From Octopus vulgaris (lineage: Eukaryota): a stretch of 64,000 nucleotides of DNA. The stretch is taken from assembly GCA_951406725.2 (NCBI GenBank), contig OX597816.1:15996001-16060000 (forward strand). Reading direction: 5' to 3'. Shown here piece by piece: positions 38,490-50,769 of the stretch (its first letter is position 1; each line of letters opens with the position of its first letter). The translations under genes were made by a program, and so were the position numbers. A model generated the notes under the pieces. That model was not told where the DNA came from and searched no databases. It saw nothing but the letters and a program-made list of their open reading frames with translations.

Positions 38490-38722
38490 TATTTTTTTAC
38501 TACCCACAAGGGGCTAAACATAGAGGGGACAAACAAGGACAGACATAGGTATTAAGTCGATTACATCGACCCCAGTGTGTAACTGGTACTCAATTTACCG
38601 ACCCCGAAAGGATGAAAGGCAAAGTTGACCTCGGCGGAATTTGAACTCAAAACGTAGCGACAGACGAAATACGGCTACGCATTTCGCCCGGCGTGCTAAC
38701 GTTTCTGCCAGCTACGCCGCCC
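38490..38722 (-). mobile_element. SINE family C
   Basis: Family match. Confidence 0.85.
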
Positions 38723-38861
38723 GTGGAATATCATAATGCCATGTGGTGATATTGAAAAGAGAAGAAGAAATAAGATACCTTTTCATGGTGTGAAGAATTT
38801 GATTGATATATCAGATGAAAAAATAAATACAAGGAAACTAGTTGTGATTTGCAGCAGTAGT

Positions 38862-39218
38862 GGAGGTGCAATGGCCCAGTGGTTAGGGCAGCGAACTTGC
38901 AGTCGGAGGATCGCGGTTTTGATCCCCAGACCAGGCATTGTATATGTTTATTGAGCAAAAACATCTAAAGCTCCATGAGGCTCCAGCAGGGGGTGGTGGC
39001 GACCCCTGTTGTACTCTTTCGCTCCAACTTCCTGTTTCTTGTCCCTGACTTCCTACGCAACCGCTGAGCCTGGATGCGCATTCATCCATCCATCAATGCT
39101 CTCGGTGTCGGGGGTTGACCTGCTTTCTCTTCTGCGGGTTTTATGAATAGCAAAGGACCACGTTTCGGACTTCTCCCACTAATGGGATGAAGACCGATTA
39201 ACTCAACAAACAAACAAT
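38862..39218 (+). mobile_element. SINE family D (head GGAGGYGCAATGGCCCAGTGGTTAGGGCAGC), (CAAA)n tail
   Basis: tRNA-like A/B boxes; head shared with 23100-23262 and 47992-48270; imperfect TSD ATTTGCAGCAGTA/ATCTGCAGCTGTA. Confidence 0.8.
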
Positions 39219-39443
39219 CTGCAGCTGTAAGACTTGTGAATGACATGTACTCACAAGGCCCACTTGTTATTTTAATTTAATGCCTTTTGAATTGCATACA
39301 CCAAGTTTTTATTCAACTCGGTGGCTATTCACTATATCAGAGGGGGACAGACTTTTTCGGTATATGACTAGCGAATAATCATCAGGGAATCGTAATATTG
39401 CAATTGAATATGTTCTTATCACCAAAGATGTTGATTATTGAGT

Positions 39444-39979
39444 GAGGGAGTGATGAGAGAACGAGGGACATTAACTTCCATCTTATACCCTCCATCAGGC
39501 ATTTGCCATATTCTGAATGCCTTACTTCCCTGGGCATGGAGACATTGAAACTCTGACGTCTGGCAGCTGACTTGGCAGACACCCATAAAATTATCAACCA
39601 TCTTACTAACAATAACTCTGAGCACCTTTTCAAACTCCACCTGTCTAACACCCATGGACATGTTTACAAAGTCAGAAAACAGCACAGCCCCCATGACTTT
39701 CGGAAACATTTTTTCATGCTAAGAGTTGCTGAAGTATGGAACAAACTGCCGGCATCAGTTGTTAGTTGTCGGAGCACTGCATCCTTCAAAACTTCCATGC
39801 TTCCTGAGATTCGCCAACACTACACCTGATTTTCTCCCCTCCATACACACGCAAGCATGTATCTGACTCATACACTGTTCACTTCCCAGATATTTGTACA
39901 TTACTGCATATGCTTTAAACGCACTTTTGACAAGTTGTGGTGCACCTTAGCACTGTATACAATAATTTCATTATTATTA
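39444..39979 (+). mobile_element. CR1-type LINE 3' end
   Basis: THGHVYKV...RKHFFMLRVAEVWNKLPASVV...FK; (ATT)n tail. Confidence 0.8.
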
Positions 39980-41114
39980 TAGTTCATAATCTTCAATATT
40001 TATTTTAGTGGTGAAGAATTTCTCCAAAATTGTTTGGTGTTTATGGTGCATCAACTCTTTGTATAGTGCAGCATAAAGACTGAAGTGATAGTAAACCCTT
40101 GTAATTTTTATGTTAAGCTCACGATTAGGGCTGCTATCAGCAAAAACTTGCAGACCTTGTCCTATAAAGGCCAACCCTTTTAACAATATATATTGCAATT
40201 CATTTAGGTAGAGTTGGTAGAATTTCCATTTTTCCTTTTGTATTCTCAGTTTTCTTTTGTTCTAACAAAATCAGCCCCTTGTTAGATATGTATTCTCTTT
40301 AGGGCACTAAAGACCCAACCACATCTTCCTTTATGATTTCTTCAAACTCTGCATCATTTGCAACCATCACAGTAGTTTGGCGAATTTGACAGGCACCAAG
40401 GGATTTCCTCAGGGAGTCCTTGTGCCTCTTCTTTCATACTCTTCTATCACGGAGACCAGAGAAGAGTTAGCTATACAGTGTAAATTTGGGAGATCGATGA
40501 TCCTCAATTTTGGGGATGCGTCCTGCCTAGCACAGCTGTGATTTCAACAAGGTTGCTTCGATGCTGGTGACCTTTACTGGCTCAAGGATCTCCTTAAGTT
40601 GCAGTGACATAAACACACCAATACCAGTTGTGGGGCGACAAACAGACACAAACACACACAACGGGGTTCTTTCAGCTTCTTTCTACTAAATCCACTCACA
40701 AGGCTTTGATCAGTCCGAGGCTATAGTAGAAGACACTTGCCTAAGGTGCCATGCAGTGGGACTGAATTGAGGACCATATGGCTGGTAAGCAAAACTACTT
40801 ACCACACAGCCACATCTGTGCTTTATACAATTTCATTGCAGAATAGATATTTTATTTCATTTGAATGTGAAAGCAAAAAAATGTGGTGTCATAAATGAGT
40901 GTTTAGAATTTCTTCATTGTTAATGAGAAAAGAAATATTTTACTTTAGATATCAAAATACATATTTATCACGCTTACAATGAACATTGGATCATGACTAA
41001 CTCGAGTATTGCTGCAAACAGGTTTGACAAAATGTATGAGAATATTTAGACACATATGAATGCCTATATGAATAAGTAGTGGAGTGTATAGTTCTATAAA
41101 AATCATTTCAATAA

Positions 41115-41480
41115 TCTCTATATATATAGACGGCAAAATGTCTGTGTGTGTGTGTGTGTATCCTTTATACAAATCCACAATTTTTCAGTTAGAGGGCTCA
41201 CACTTTCTATGGTCATTCAAAACCGTCCAAGGGTGGTCGTGCACATCTTTACATTTCCCCAGTCACCCCGCAAAGCCATTAAAAAATCAAGTAATTTTTG
41301 GTAAATTTTCTATCCAAAACCCAATCAAAATGCCCAAAACTTGATACGCCAATTGAATGCCAGTTAGCTGTATGTGATTGGTCGGAGATTTGGACAGTAC
41401 TCGTGTGTATGTGTGCACGCACATAGCTGTATATGCATGCACTAGCACTATGACCCGGCGTTGCTGGGTCATAGTGCTAG
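41115..41480 (+). mobile_element. Non-autonomous Helitron, second family
   Basis: A|TCTCTATATATA...CCCGGCGTTGCTGGG...CTAG|T. Confidence 0.75.
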
Positions 41481-41791
41481 TAGACTGAATTTGGCTGGTT
41501 GTCACAACAGTGATAGCAGTTGAAGCAGCAGTCTCTCATGCTGAAGAGCTTGTTGCAAGGATTCGAAGCTAGATCCTTGGATATGCAGTCAGATATCATG
41601 ACTGAACCAAAACAGTTTCACATGATCAGTCTATTAAGCAACCTGTTGGTATCAAACCAATGCATGATTTGATCTTCTAAAATTTTCTTCTTGTGCCTAT
41701 TAAAAGACCACTTTAAGAGGTAATTTCAGAATGTTGAGGCAGCTGTGCAATGCATCTCCATTTTTGCCACAGTTAGACACCCTAGGCCCAA

Positions 41792-42577
41792 GGCAGTGAG
41801 CTGGCAGAGGCATTAGCACGCCGGGCGAAATGCTTAGCGGTATTTCGTCTGCCGTTACGTTCTGAGTTCAAATTCCGCTGAGGTCGAATTTGCATTTCAT
41901 CCTTTCGGGGTCGATTAAATAAGTACCAGTTACGCACTGGGGTCGATGTGATCGACTTAATCTGCTTGTCTGTCCTTGTTTGTCCCCTCTGTGTTTAGCC
42001 CCTTGTGGGTAGTAAAGAAATAGGTATTTCGTCTGCCGCTATGTTCTGAGTTCAAATTCCGCCGAGGTCGACTTTGCCTTTCATCCTTTCGGGGTCGATT
42101 AAATAAGTACCAGTTATGCACTGGGGTCAATATAATCGACTTAATCCGTTTGTCTGTCCTTGTTTGTCCTCTCTGTGTTTAGCCCCTTGTGGGTAGTAAA
42201 GAAATAGGTATTTCGTCTGCCGCTATGTTCTGAGTTCAAATTCCGCCGAGGTCGACTTTGCATTTCATCCTTTCGGGATCCATTAAATAAATACCAGTTA
42301 CACACTGGGGTCGATACAATCGACTTAATCCAATTGTCTGTCCTTGTTTTGTCCTTTCTATGTTTAGCCCCTTGTGGGTAGTAAAGAAATAGGTATTTCA
42401 TCTGCCGCTACGTTCTGAGTTCAAATTCCGCCAAGGTCGACTTTGCTTTTCATCCTTTCGGGATCCATTAAATAAATACCAGTTACACACTGGGGTCAAT
42501 ATAATCGACTTAATCCATTTGTCTGTCCTTGTTTTGTCCTTTCTATGTTTAGCCCCTTGTGAGTAGTAAAGAAATAG
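41792..42577 (+). mobile_element. SINE family C tandem tetramer (184-185-bp period)
   Basis: One full copy plus three copies restarting at GGTATTTC (42023, 42207, 42392). Confidence 0.9.
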
Positions 42578-43852
42578 ACAATCCAGACCCAATCTGAGTC
42601 TATATATGCTGTGGGTTGCTATCAATAAATACATGCTACCCACAAAGTATTGATTTGCATGGAAACTTATAATAGTGTTTTGACAGTCCTGGGTAGAGCC
42701 ACCATGTAGAACAGAAACTAGCAAAACCTGTTCTCTACAACTTTTGCACCTGCCTATGGTGCACACGCGTACATATACACAAACACTGCAACCCAACGTA
42801 AATCGGATTTTTTTTTACCCTCTTTTTTACTTTTTAACTAGACACACATCAGAGGTTTGCAACAGCTTGTCAAATTTCAAATTTCAAGTTTTTATTACCC
42901 TTACTAGCATGGGAAACGGCCGTTAAATAATGATGATGACGACGATAATAATGATTATGAAAATGCAAACACACAATGACAAACATGTTTACAACGTATA
43001 TAAATACATTAGAGCATAAAAGATATATGGTTGAGCAGCTGTAACAAAGATCATAACTGGAGATAAGATGTCAAGTACACTTTGTGTGCCAGGTGGCACA
43101 CACTGTAGTACTCCTGATCAAATGGAATGGTCATGATTGGAATTCTGTTGATCATAGGTCTCCTCAATCAAGGTTGCTTTGTTGGTTAAACAATAAACAT
43201 GCTTAAATATTAGTTTCGTATTTTGGCACAATGCCGGCAATTCTGGGGGAAGGGTTGATGCTCAACTGGTACTTAATCTATTGACCACAAAAGAATGAAT
43301 GGCAAAATCAACCTCAGCAGGATTTGAACTCAGAATGTAAAGACAGATGAAATGCCACTAAGCATTTTGCCCAGTGTGCTAACAATTCAGCCACCTCTCT
43401 GCCTACAGTATACATAAATATGCTTTTCTTCTCAAGGCACAAGGGCCAAAATTTTTTTTGGGGGGGAGGGGCAGTCGATTAGATCGACCCCAGTATGCAA
43501 CTGGTACTTAATTTATTGACCCCCCAAAAGGATGAAAGACAAAGTCGACCTCAGTGGAATTTGAACTCAAAATGTGATGACAGACGAAAGTATACATAAA
43601 TACTAACAACAACAATAACAGATAGCATTGTACTTAGTTAATATCGAATGGTTAAGAACTCTTTGCTTTGAGCCCTCAGCTCTTGATAAAATCATATGTG
43701 ACCTGTATTGTAGCTAGGGGAGGGGCAAATGAGGAGGTTTTCCCTGGGTGAGATTTTTATGGGGGCAGCACTTTTGGCTTAGCTGTAAAAGTCTGTATTG
43801 GCTTGGGTCACCCTCCAGGCCTTTCCACAGTCAGACAGGGAGGGAGGGAGAA

Positions 43853-43890
<38 letters not shown>

Positions 43891-44255
43891 CAGGCATGAC
43901 TGTGTGGAAAGAAATTCACTTCCCAACCACATGGTTCTGGGTTCAGCCCCAATGCATGGCACCCATGTCAAGTGTCTTCTGCTATAGCCTCAGGCTGACC
44001 AAAGCCTCATGAATGGATTTAGTAGACAGAAATTGAAAGAAGCCAGTTGTATACATATAAATTTTTCTTATTAGGGTCATTAGCCTGAGGCTATGCTGAG
44101 GCCCTCCTGTCCCTGTCCATTTTCTTGCAAATTATTGTTTTTTTAAAATTTTTTCTGCCACGTTTTTTGGATACGGAGACTTCAGAAAATTGCCAAAAGT
44201 TGGAATTTTGAAATTTTTTGCCCCCACTGATTTCTTCATTTTTCACTTTTTTGTG

Positions 44256-44360
44256 TAACCCTAACCCGAAACCCCCCACCCTAACCCTAACCCTAACCCT
44301 AAAACCTTAACCCTAACCCTAAAACCCTAAACCTAACCCTAACACCCTAACCCTAAAACC
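44256..44360. repeat. Interstitial telomeric-type (CCCTAA)n tract
   Basis: About 14 degenerate units. Confidence 0.85.
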
Positions 44361-46068
44361 AGTAGAGAGAAAGGTTTCATACAAGACATAAGAGAGGTGG
44401 GGGGTGAAGCGAGGAGAGGAGCGGGAGGGGGAAGAATGCGCTCCCCCCTCTCACTCCACCAACAAGGGATGCAGGGGGGGGGGCGAGGGGAGGGCTGATA
44501 CCCTAAGTAGAAAAATTTTTGGAAATTTTTTCAAAATCATAATCTCCATATTTTCCCGCATATTTTGAAAAAAAAGAAAAAATTTGAAAAAAGTTAAAAA
44601 TGAAGAATTTAGTGGGGGAGGGGGGGGGGGTAATTTCAAACTGCCGATTTTTGCCAATTTTTTTGCAGATACGTATTCTCCGCAGCCGAAAAAAATTAAA
44701 TAAAAAAAGGAGTGTTTTTTGGTGGGTAGGGTCTTAGCGAGTTTTGTTTTTAGTCGATTGAAACAACCTACTACTTTTTTTAAAGCCTAATTCTTTTTAA
44801 TATTGGTCTCTTTTACTGAACTGCTAAATTATGGGGATGTAAACAAACCAACATCAACTGTCAAGCGGTGGGGGGGCGGAGACAGAGACACACATCCGGT
44901 GATGGTGTGTTTACCTTCCTATAACTTAGCAGTTCTAGGAAAGAGATCGAAGGCTTTAGAAAAAATAATAAGTACTGGGGTCGTTCGTTCGACTAAAATT
45001 CTTCAAGGGGGTGCCCCAGTATGACCGCAGTCTAATGACTGAAACGGGTAAAAAAAAATACAAGTAAACAAAAGTACAGGAATCTCTAATGTGGTCTCCA
45101 AACTCGCTGCAGTCAAATTACAAACGTAGCTAGAGTATGTTCCACCCGCCGTGGCCCTTCCGTTTGCCACCCCAGGACCCCAGAAAAATTACATATTGCC
45201 TTTAGCTGACCCAAAAATATCATCTCTTTAAAAGTGTCGCCCGAGATGGACCTAGTGAGTCAGACATTCTTTTCTACACTAGACACAAGGCCCGAAATTT
45301 TGGGGGAGGGGGCCAGTCGATTAGATTAACCCCAGTACGCAGCTGGTACTTAATTTATCGACCCTAGTGAATCAGATATTACTCAAATTATGTAACTCAG
45401 ATACAAGCCTAAAGAGACAGTGTATGGTAGGTGGTGGTCGCGGCTAGAAGGGCAACCAATATGTATAGGCGAGTATTTAGGCGGTGAGCTAGCAGAATCG
45501 TTAGCACGCCCTGCAAAATACTTGGAGGTCTAGTGTCAAATTCTGCAGGGTCGACTGTGCCTTTCTTCCATTCGAAGTCGATAAAATAAGTATCCCCAGA
45601 GAGCTAAATCGGTGTAATCAACTCCACCGAAATTGCTGGCCTTGTGCCAAAATTTGAAATCAGTAAGTATTAGTTTGCGTATAAAATACACGAAGAAAAA
45701 AAAAATCAAAAACATTGAATGAAAAGAAATTTTAAAAAAAACCCACTTCAATATTTGTTATATAAATTTCTTTTCAAAGTTCGTGAAAAAAAAAAAATTA
45801 ATGTTAACGTCACTGACGTTAACAAACTATTTTTACTCTGTACATGTGAACAATCAAAACATTTTTTAGTTATTATTGTAAGTAACATTAAAACAGCTGA
45901 CGACAAAAAAGAAAACAGAAAATAGAAAGTAAGGAAAAGAAAGAAAAAGAAAAAAATAAAGAAAGAAAAAGAAGAAAGAAAGAAAGAAAGACGTAAGAAA
46001 TATTTTCGTCAGAACATTTCTGAGAAAGAGCGACTGGGTTTTTTTCTTGGTAAAGCGAAAAAACTTAC

Positions 46069-46152
46069 CGGCGGTAGACGTATCTGAAGGTGCGTGTAAA
46101 GTCGGGAAAGAAACTTTTCGACAGACACTCCTATATATATATAGTTGACTGA
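46069..46152 (-). other. Probable non-coding exon 1 (5' UTR) of the TBK1-like gene; 5' boundary uncertain
   Basis: Strong donor CCG|GTAAGT at 46069/46068 in a unique, locally CpG-richer segment; Inr-like TCAGTC at 46152-46147; coding exon 1 has an acceptor upstream of its ATG, so an upstream exon is required. Confidence 0.55.
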
Positions 46153-46257
46153 TAAAGAGAAACTGGCTCGTGTTTCATTCATGTATTCACCCCCACCACA
46201 CACAAGAAATTTTGCACACGGCGCGGCTCGCGTAAAAATGAATAAATAAAAAAAACC

Positions 46258-46260
<3 letters not shown>
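46147..46260 (-). promoter_or_regulatory. Putative core promoter of the TBK1-like gene
   Basis: Inr-like TCAGTC and CpG cluster TTTACGCGAGCCGCGCCG (about 46219-46236), bounded by a (TA)n tract. Confidence 0.35.
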
Positions 46261-46309
<49 letters not shown>

Positions 46310-46441
46310 GTTTTTATATATATACGTTTTTATATATATATACATATACGTTTATATATATATATATATACATATACCTTTATATGTGTATATGTATATA
46401 TATACATATACGTTTAAATGTGTATATGTATATACACATAT

Positions 46442-46822
46442 AAGGAGTGGCTGTGTGGTAATTAGCTTGCTAAGCAAACACATGGTTCCGGGTTCAGTCC
46501 CACTGCGTGGCATCTTGGGCAAGTGTCTTCTGCTATAGCCCCGGGCCGACCAATGCCTTGTGAGTGGATTTGGTAGACGGAAACTGAAAGAAGCCTGTCG
46601 TATATATGTATGTATATATGTATGTGTGTGTGTGTTTGTGTGTCTGTGTTTTTCCCCCCCTAGCATTGCTTGACAATCGATGCTGGTGTGTTTACGTCTC
46701 CGTCAAAAGAGGTTCGGCAAAAGAGACCGATAGAATATGTACTGGGCTTACAAAGAATAAGTCCTGGGGTCGATTTGCATTGCCGCAGTCAAATGACTGA
46801 AACAAGTAAAAGAGTAAAGAGT
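46442..46822 (+). mobile_element. SINE family A
   Basis: Family match, small internal deletion near the tail. Confidence 0.88.
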
Positions 46823-47164
46823 ATATTTTTTAGTATAACACCTACGCAAATACCATAAACAAACCTTTCAATAGAAGTGTTAATCTGTAATTTTACCGAA
46901 ATGTTTTCCTGAATTGAACTGCAACTGCTAGCCGCCACTGACCATTCAAAATACGACCATCAAGGCACTCCCAAAATTTTCCACCCCCTCTCCTCATCAA
47001 CATTCATCTTCTTCTACCCTACCAAGAATTCACAACTGCCTCGAACACACAAGTGCAAACAAGGGAGACAGAGAAAGGCAGAATGCCACTTATATTTGAA
47101 CACTATACAAATATTCCTTTAAAAAAACTTTTCTTCTAATTTTTCTAAATTTAATTATTTAATC

Positions 47165-47210
47165 GTTATAGTTGAAAAGGTCTCAAAATGACCGAAACCG
47201 GTACTGAAAT
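47165..47210 (+). ncRNA. Minimal hammerhead ribozyme fold with U3-A8 core
   Basis: TAG TTGAAAA GGTC TCAAAAT GACC GAAA CCG GTA CTG; palindromic stem III ACCGGT. Confidence 0.5.
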
Positions 47211-47254
47211 GTTCTTTATAAAATTATTTTAGCATTTTCTATTTTGACTTGTTT

Positions 47255-47306
<52 letters not shown>

Positions 47307-47310
<4 letters not shown>

Positions 47311-47497
47311 CTTTACTTGCCCCCAAGGGGCTAAATATAGAGGGGACAAACAAAGACAGACAAACGGATTAAGTCGATTACATAGACCCCAGTGCGAAAC
47401 TGGTACTTTATTTATCGACCCCGAAAGGATGAAAGGCAAAGTCAACCGCGGCGGAATTTGAACTCAGAACGTAACGACAGACGAAATACCGCTAAGC

Positions 47498-47500
<3 letters not shown>
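47307..47500 (-). mobile_element. SINE family C, 5'-truncated, within (TA)n
   Basis: Family match. Confidence 0.85.
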
Positions 47501-47580
<80 letters not shown>

Positions 47581-47991
47581 ATATATATATATATATATAT
47601 ATACGTTGGATATATATATATACATATACGTTGATATATATATACATACATATATATTCTGTTGTGGCTAGGGAGAGTCATTTTCTTTTTGTGCCTTATA
47701 ATGTAACACACTCACCGGTAAAATTTCCACTTATTTCTTATTTTTATTTTCCTAAAATTTTCGTTGCGTCTTGCAACGAAAGAGTGTGTTAAATTATAAG
47801 GCACAGAAAGAAAATGACTCTCCATAGACATAACAGAATATGCTTCAACACACGAACTCATATAAAGAATCTTGCAAACCAAATCCAAAAACGAAACGTA
47901 CATACATACATACATACATACATACATACATACATACATACATACATACATACATACATACATACATACATGCATATATATTCTTTTTTTT

Positions 47992-48270
47992 TTCCGACCA
48001 GGCTATCAGATGATGCTACACATCGCTGGTCACAATGCGTTTCGCATTGTTTCAGCCTTCAAATGACGCCACCCCGCTGGCTAGGTGAGCAGGCCAACAG
48101 AAGAAAGAGTGAGAGAAAGTTGTGGCGATAGAGTACAGCAGGGATCGCCACCACCCCTGCCGGAGCCGCGTGGAGGATTAGGTGTTTTCGCTCAATAAAC
48201 ACTCACAACGCCCGGTCTTGGAATCGAAACCGCGAGTCCGCTGCCCTAACCACTGGGCCATTGCGCCTCC
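47992..48270 (-). mobile_element. SINE family D with a different 3' tail
   Basis: Same head; tail ...CTGATAGCCTGGTCGG(A)n. Confidence 0.8.
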
Positions 48271-48698
48271 ACACACATATATATATATAGGGCCCCCAAA
48301 ATAAAATGTAATATGGAAACGACTTTAAATATTGTATATATATCCTTTTATTCTTTTATTTGTTTCAGTCATTTGACCGCGCGGCCAGGCTGGAGCACTG
48401 CCTTTCGTCGAGCAAATCGACTCCGAAGACCCATTCTTCGTAAGCCTATTACTTGTTCTGTCGGTCTCTTTTTGCCGAACCGCTAAGTTACGGGGACGTA
48501 AACAAACCAGCATCGGTTGTCAAAGGATGTTGGGGGACAAACACAGACACACAAACATACATGTATACATACACACACACACACACACATATATATATAT
48601 GGATGTTTTGTTGTCCCTTTTTGTATCACCTAGCTGTCCAGATGTTTTGCGTTCTCGTCCCATTTTGTATTATATATATATATATATATATTATATTA

Positions 48699-48975
48699 AG
48701 GGCATTACTATACATAAAGGCCACACGCTAAGAGGGACTCTTAAAGTCAAAACTACCAAGTTAAATAAACGCGTATCGAATGCTAGGGAATGCAACTCAC
48801 GAAGCGAGCCTTTTAAAAACAGAATTCTGTTTTTAAAAGGCTCACTTCGAGAGTTGCATTCGATACGATGTGTTTGTTTATTTTGGTAGTTTCGATACGA
48901 GGTGTTTATTTATTTTGGTAGTTTTGACTTTCAGAGTCCCTCTTAGCGTGAGGCATTCATGTATAGTGATGCCCT
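48699..48975. repeat. Spacerless ~277-bp palindrome
   Basis: Centre GAATTC at 48822-48827; arms pair out to AGGGCAT/ATGCCCT. Confidence 0.9.
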
Positions 48976-49240
48976 CTATATAATATAAATAAATATATTT
49001 AAGAGAAAAATTGATGGTTGTTTCTCTTATGAGGTTTTTCACGCTAACTACTTGATAAATTCTTACTTGGGGATTTAGACAATCTTGAATGTCGGTGTGA
49101 AAAGGTGAAGTTATTTACACTCTTTTTCAGCCCAACCTTTTTATCTGTGTTATAAGGGAAGGTCGTATAAGTGAATAACGTCATTTAGCAATTTCGAAGG
49201 ATTTCCGGAATTTAATTAAAAAAATAATTGTTGGGCGCAC

Positions 49241-49647
49241 TTACTCTTTTACTTGTTTCAGTCATTTGACTACGGCCATGCTGGAGCACCGCCTTTAGTC
49301 GAGCAAATCGACCCCAGGACTTATTCTTTGTAAGCCCAGTACTTATTCTATCGGTCTTCTTTTGCCGAACCGCTAAGTGACGGGGACGTAAACACACCAG
49401 CATCGGTTGTCAAGCAATGCTAGGGGGACAAACACAGATACACAAACATATACACACACACTTATATATATATACATATATACGACAGGCTTCTTTCAGT
49501 TTCCGTCTACCAAATCCCCTCGCAAGGCATTGGTCGGCCCAAGGCTATAGCAGAAGACACTTGCCCAAGATGCCATGCAGTGGGACTGAACCCGGAACCA
49601 TGTGGTTGGTTAGCAAGCTACTTACCACACAGCCACTCCTGCGCCTA
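49241..49647 (-). mobile_element. SINE family A
   Basis: Family match. Confidence 0.9.
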
Positions 49648-50210
49648 TATAAACGAAATTTAAAATTTAGAGGATAAAAAACTTGACGTAAAAACAAGTA
49701 TATTAATCTACTAAAATTGATGACGTCACTACCTATCTAAATTTTGTATATTCAGTGACATAATCAATTTTAGTAGATAAATATACAAATATACTCGTCA
49801 AAAAATATGGAATTAGTATGGTATTTTGACCGACAGATTTAAAAAATTATCTTTTGTAACTAAACACTTTCAAACTTCGTATACTAGTAGAATGTGTCAC
49901 ATAAAACATCTTTTACTCTTGGTGTTGTTGAGAAAATTCTGTATTTTGGAAGTTATTTTTTGTTAAAGTTGTCGTATTTCGGTAATTTCAACCAATCAAT
50001 GACGTGTATTCAGCTGAATAAAATTACTGCTGTTGACCTACTATATGACCTATACTGGACTCCTCATTTGCATAATCACCAAACCTGGAGCTTATAGTCT
50101 GTCCATAGCACTTACTCAGCATTACCTGACACCTTTGGGTCTTCTTGACACCATTACCTCTCATAACCTCAATATATATATATGTAAGTATGTATGTATG
50201 TATGAATATA

Positions 50211-50425
50211 TATTAGGTCATCCCATAAGTTCTGTCCGAATTTTGAAGAAAGAAAACAAGTGATCAAATGTTATATTTAATTGAAATTTAATCATCAATG
50301 TACTTTCCCTGATTATTTAAGACTTCCTTCCATCTATTTACAAGCTTTTTAATCCCATCAATGTAAAACGCTTTTGGTTTCAAAGCGAAGAACTCTGAAA
50401 TGTGAGTTTCGACCTCTTCCTGGCT
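50211..50425 (-). mobile_element. Mariner 3' fragment with TIR
   Basis: FYIDGIKKLVNRWKEVLNNQGKYIDD*; TIR TA-TTAGGTCATCCCATAAGTTC. Confidence 0.8.
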
Positions 50426-50769
50426 TGTCACAAGCAAACACACACACACACACGCGTCTGTATATATCAATGTATATCCATTCTATATGTATATATAGGC
50501 ATAGGCATGGCTGTGTGAAGAAGCACAGATAAGAACCTTGCCTATCAAACTGCATGGTTCTGGGTTCAATCTCAGTGCGAGGCACTGTGGGCAAGTGTGT
50601 TTTACTATATTGCGAGGGAACTTGGTTGAGAAATTGTATGGAAGCTCATTGTATGTGTGTCTATGTATATGGGTGTATTTGTATTTGTCCCCTACATGAC
50701 AGCCAGCATTAGCTTGTTTATGTCTTTGCAACTTAGAGGTCCTCAGTGAGTCCAAGACTAAATATGTAA

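Noticed and set aside
39990-40400. Possible Tigger/pogo transposase C-terminal remnant (DSSPNRE...QTILEKFF)
   Set aside because: Similarity is only impressionistic; no catalytic motifs or TIRs seen
46100-46120. ISRE/NF-kB-like GGGAAAGAAACT in putative exon 1
   Set aside because: Spacing does not fit GAAANNGAAA and the motif is too short to be significant
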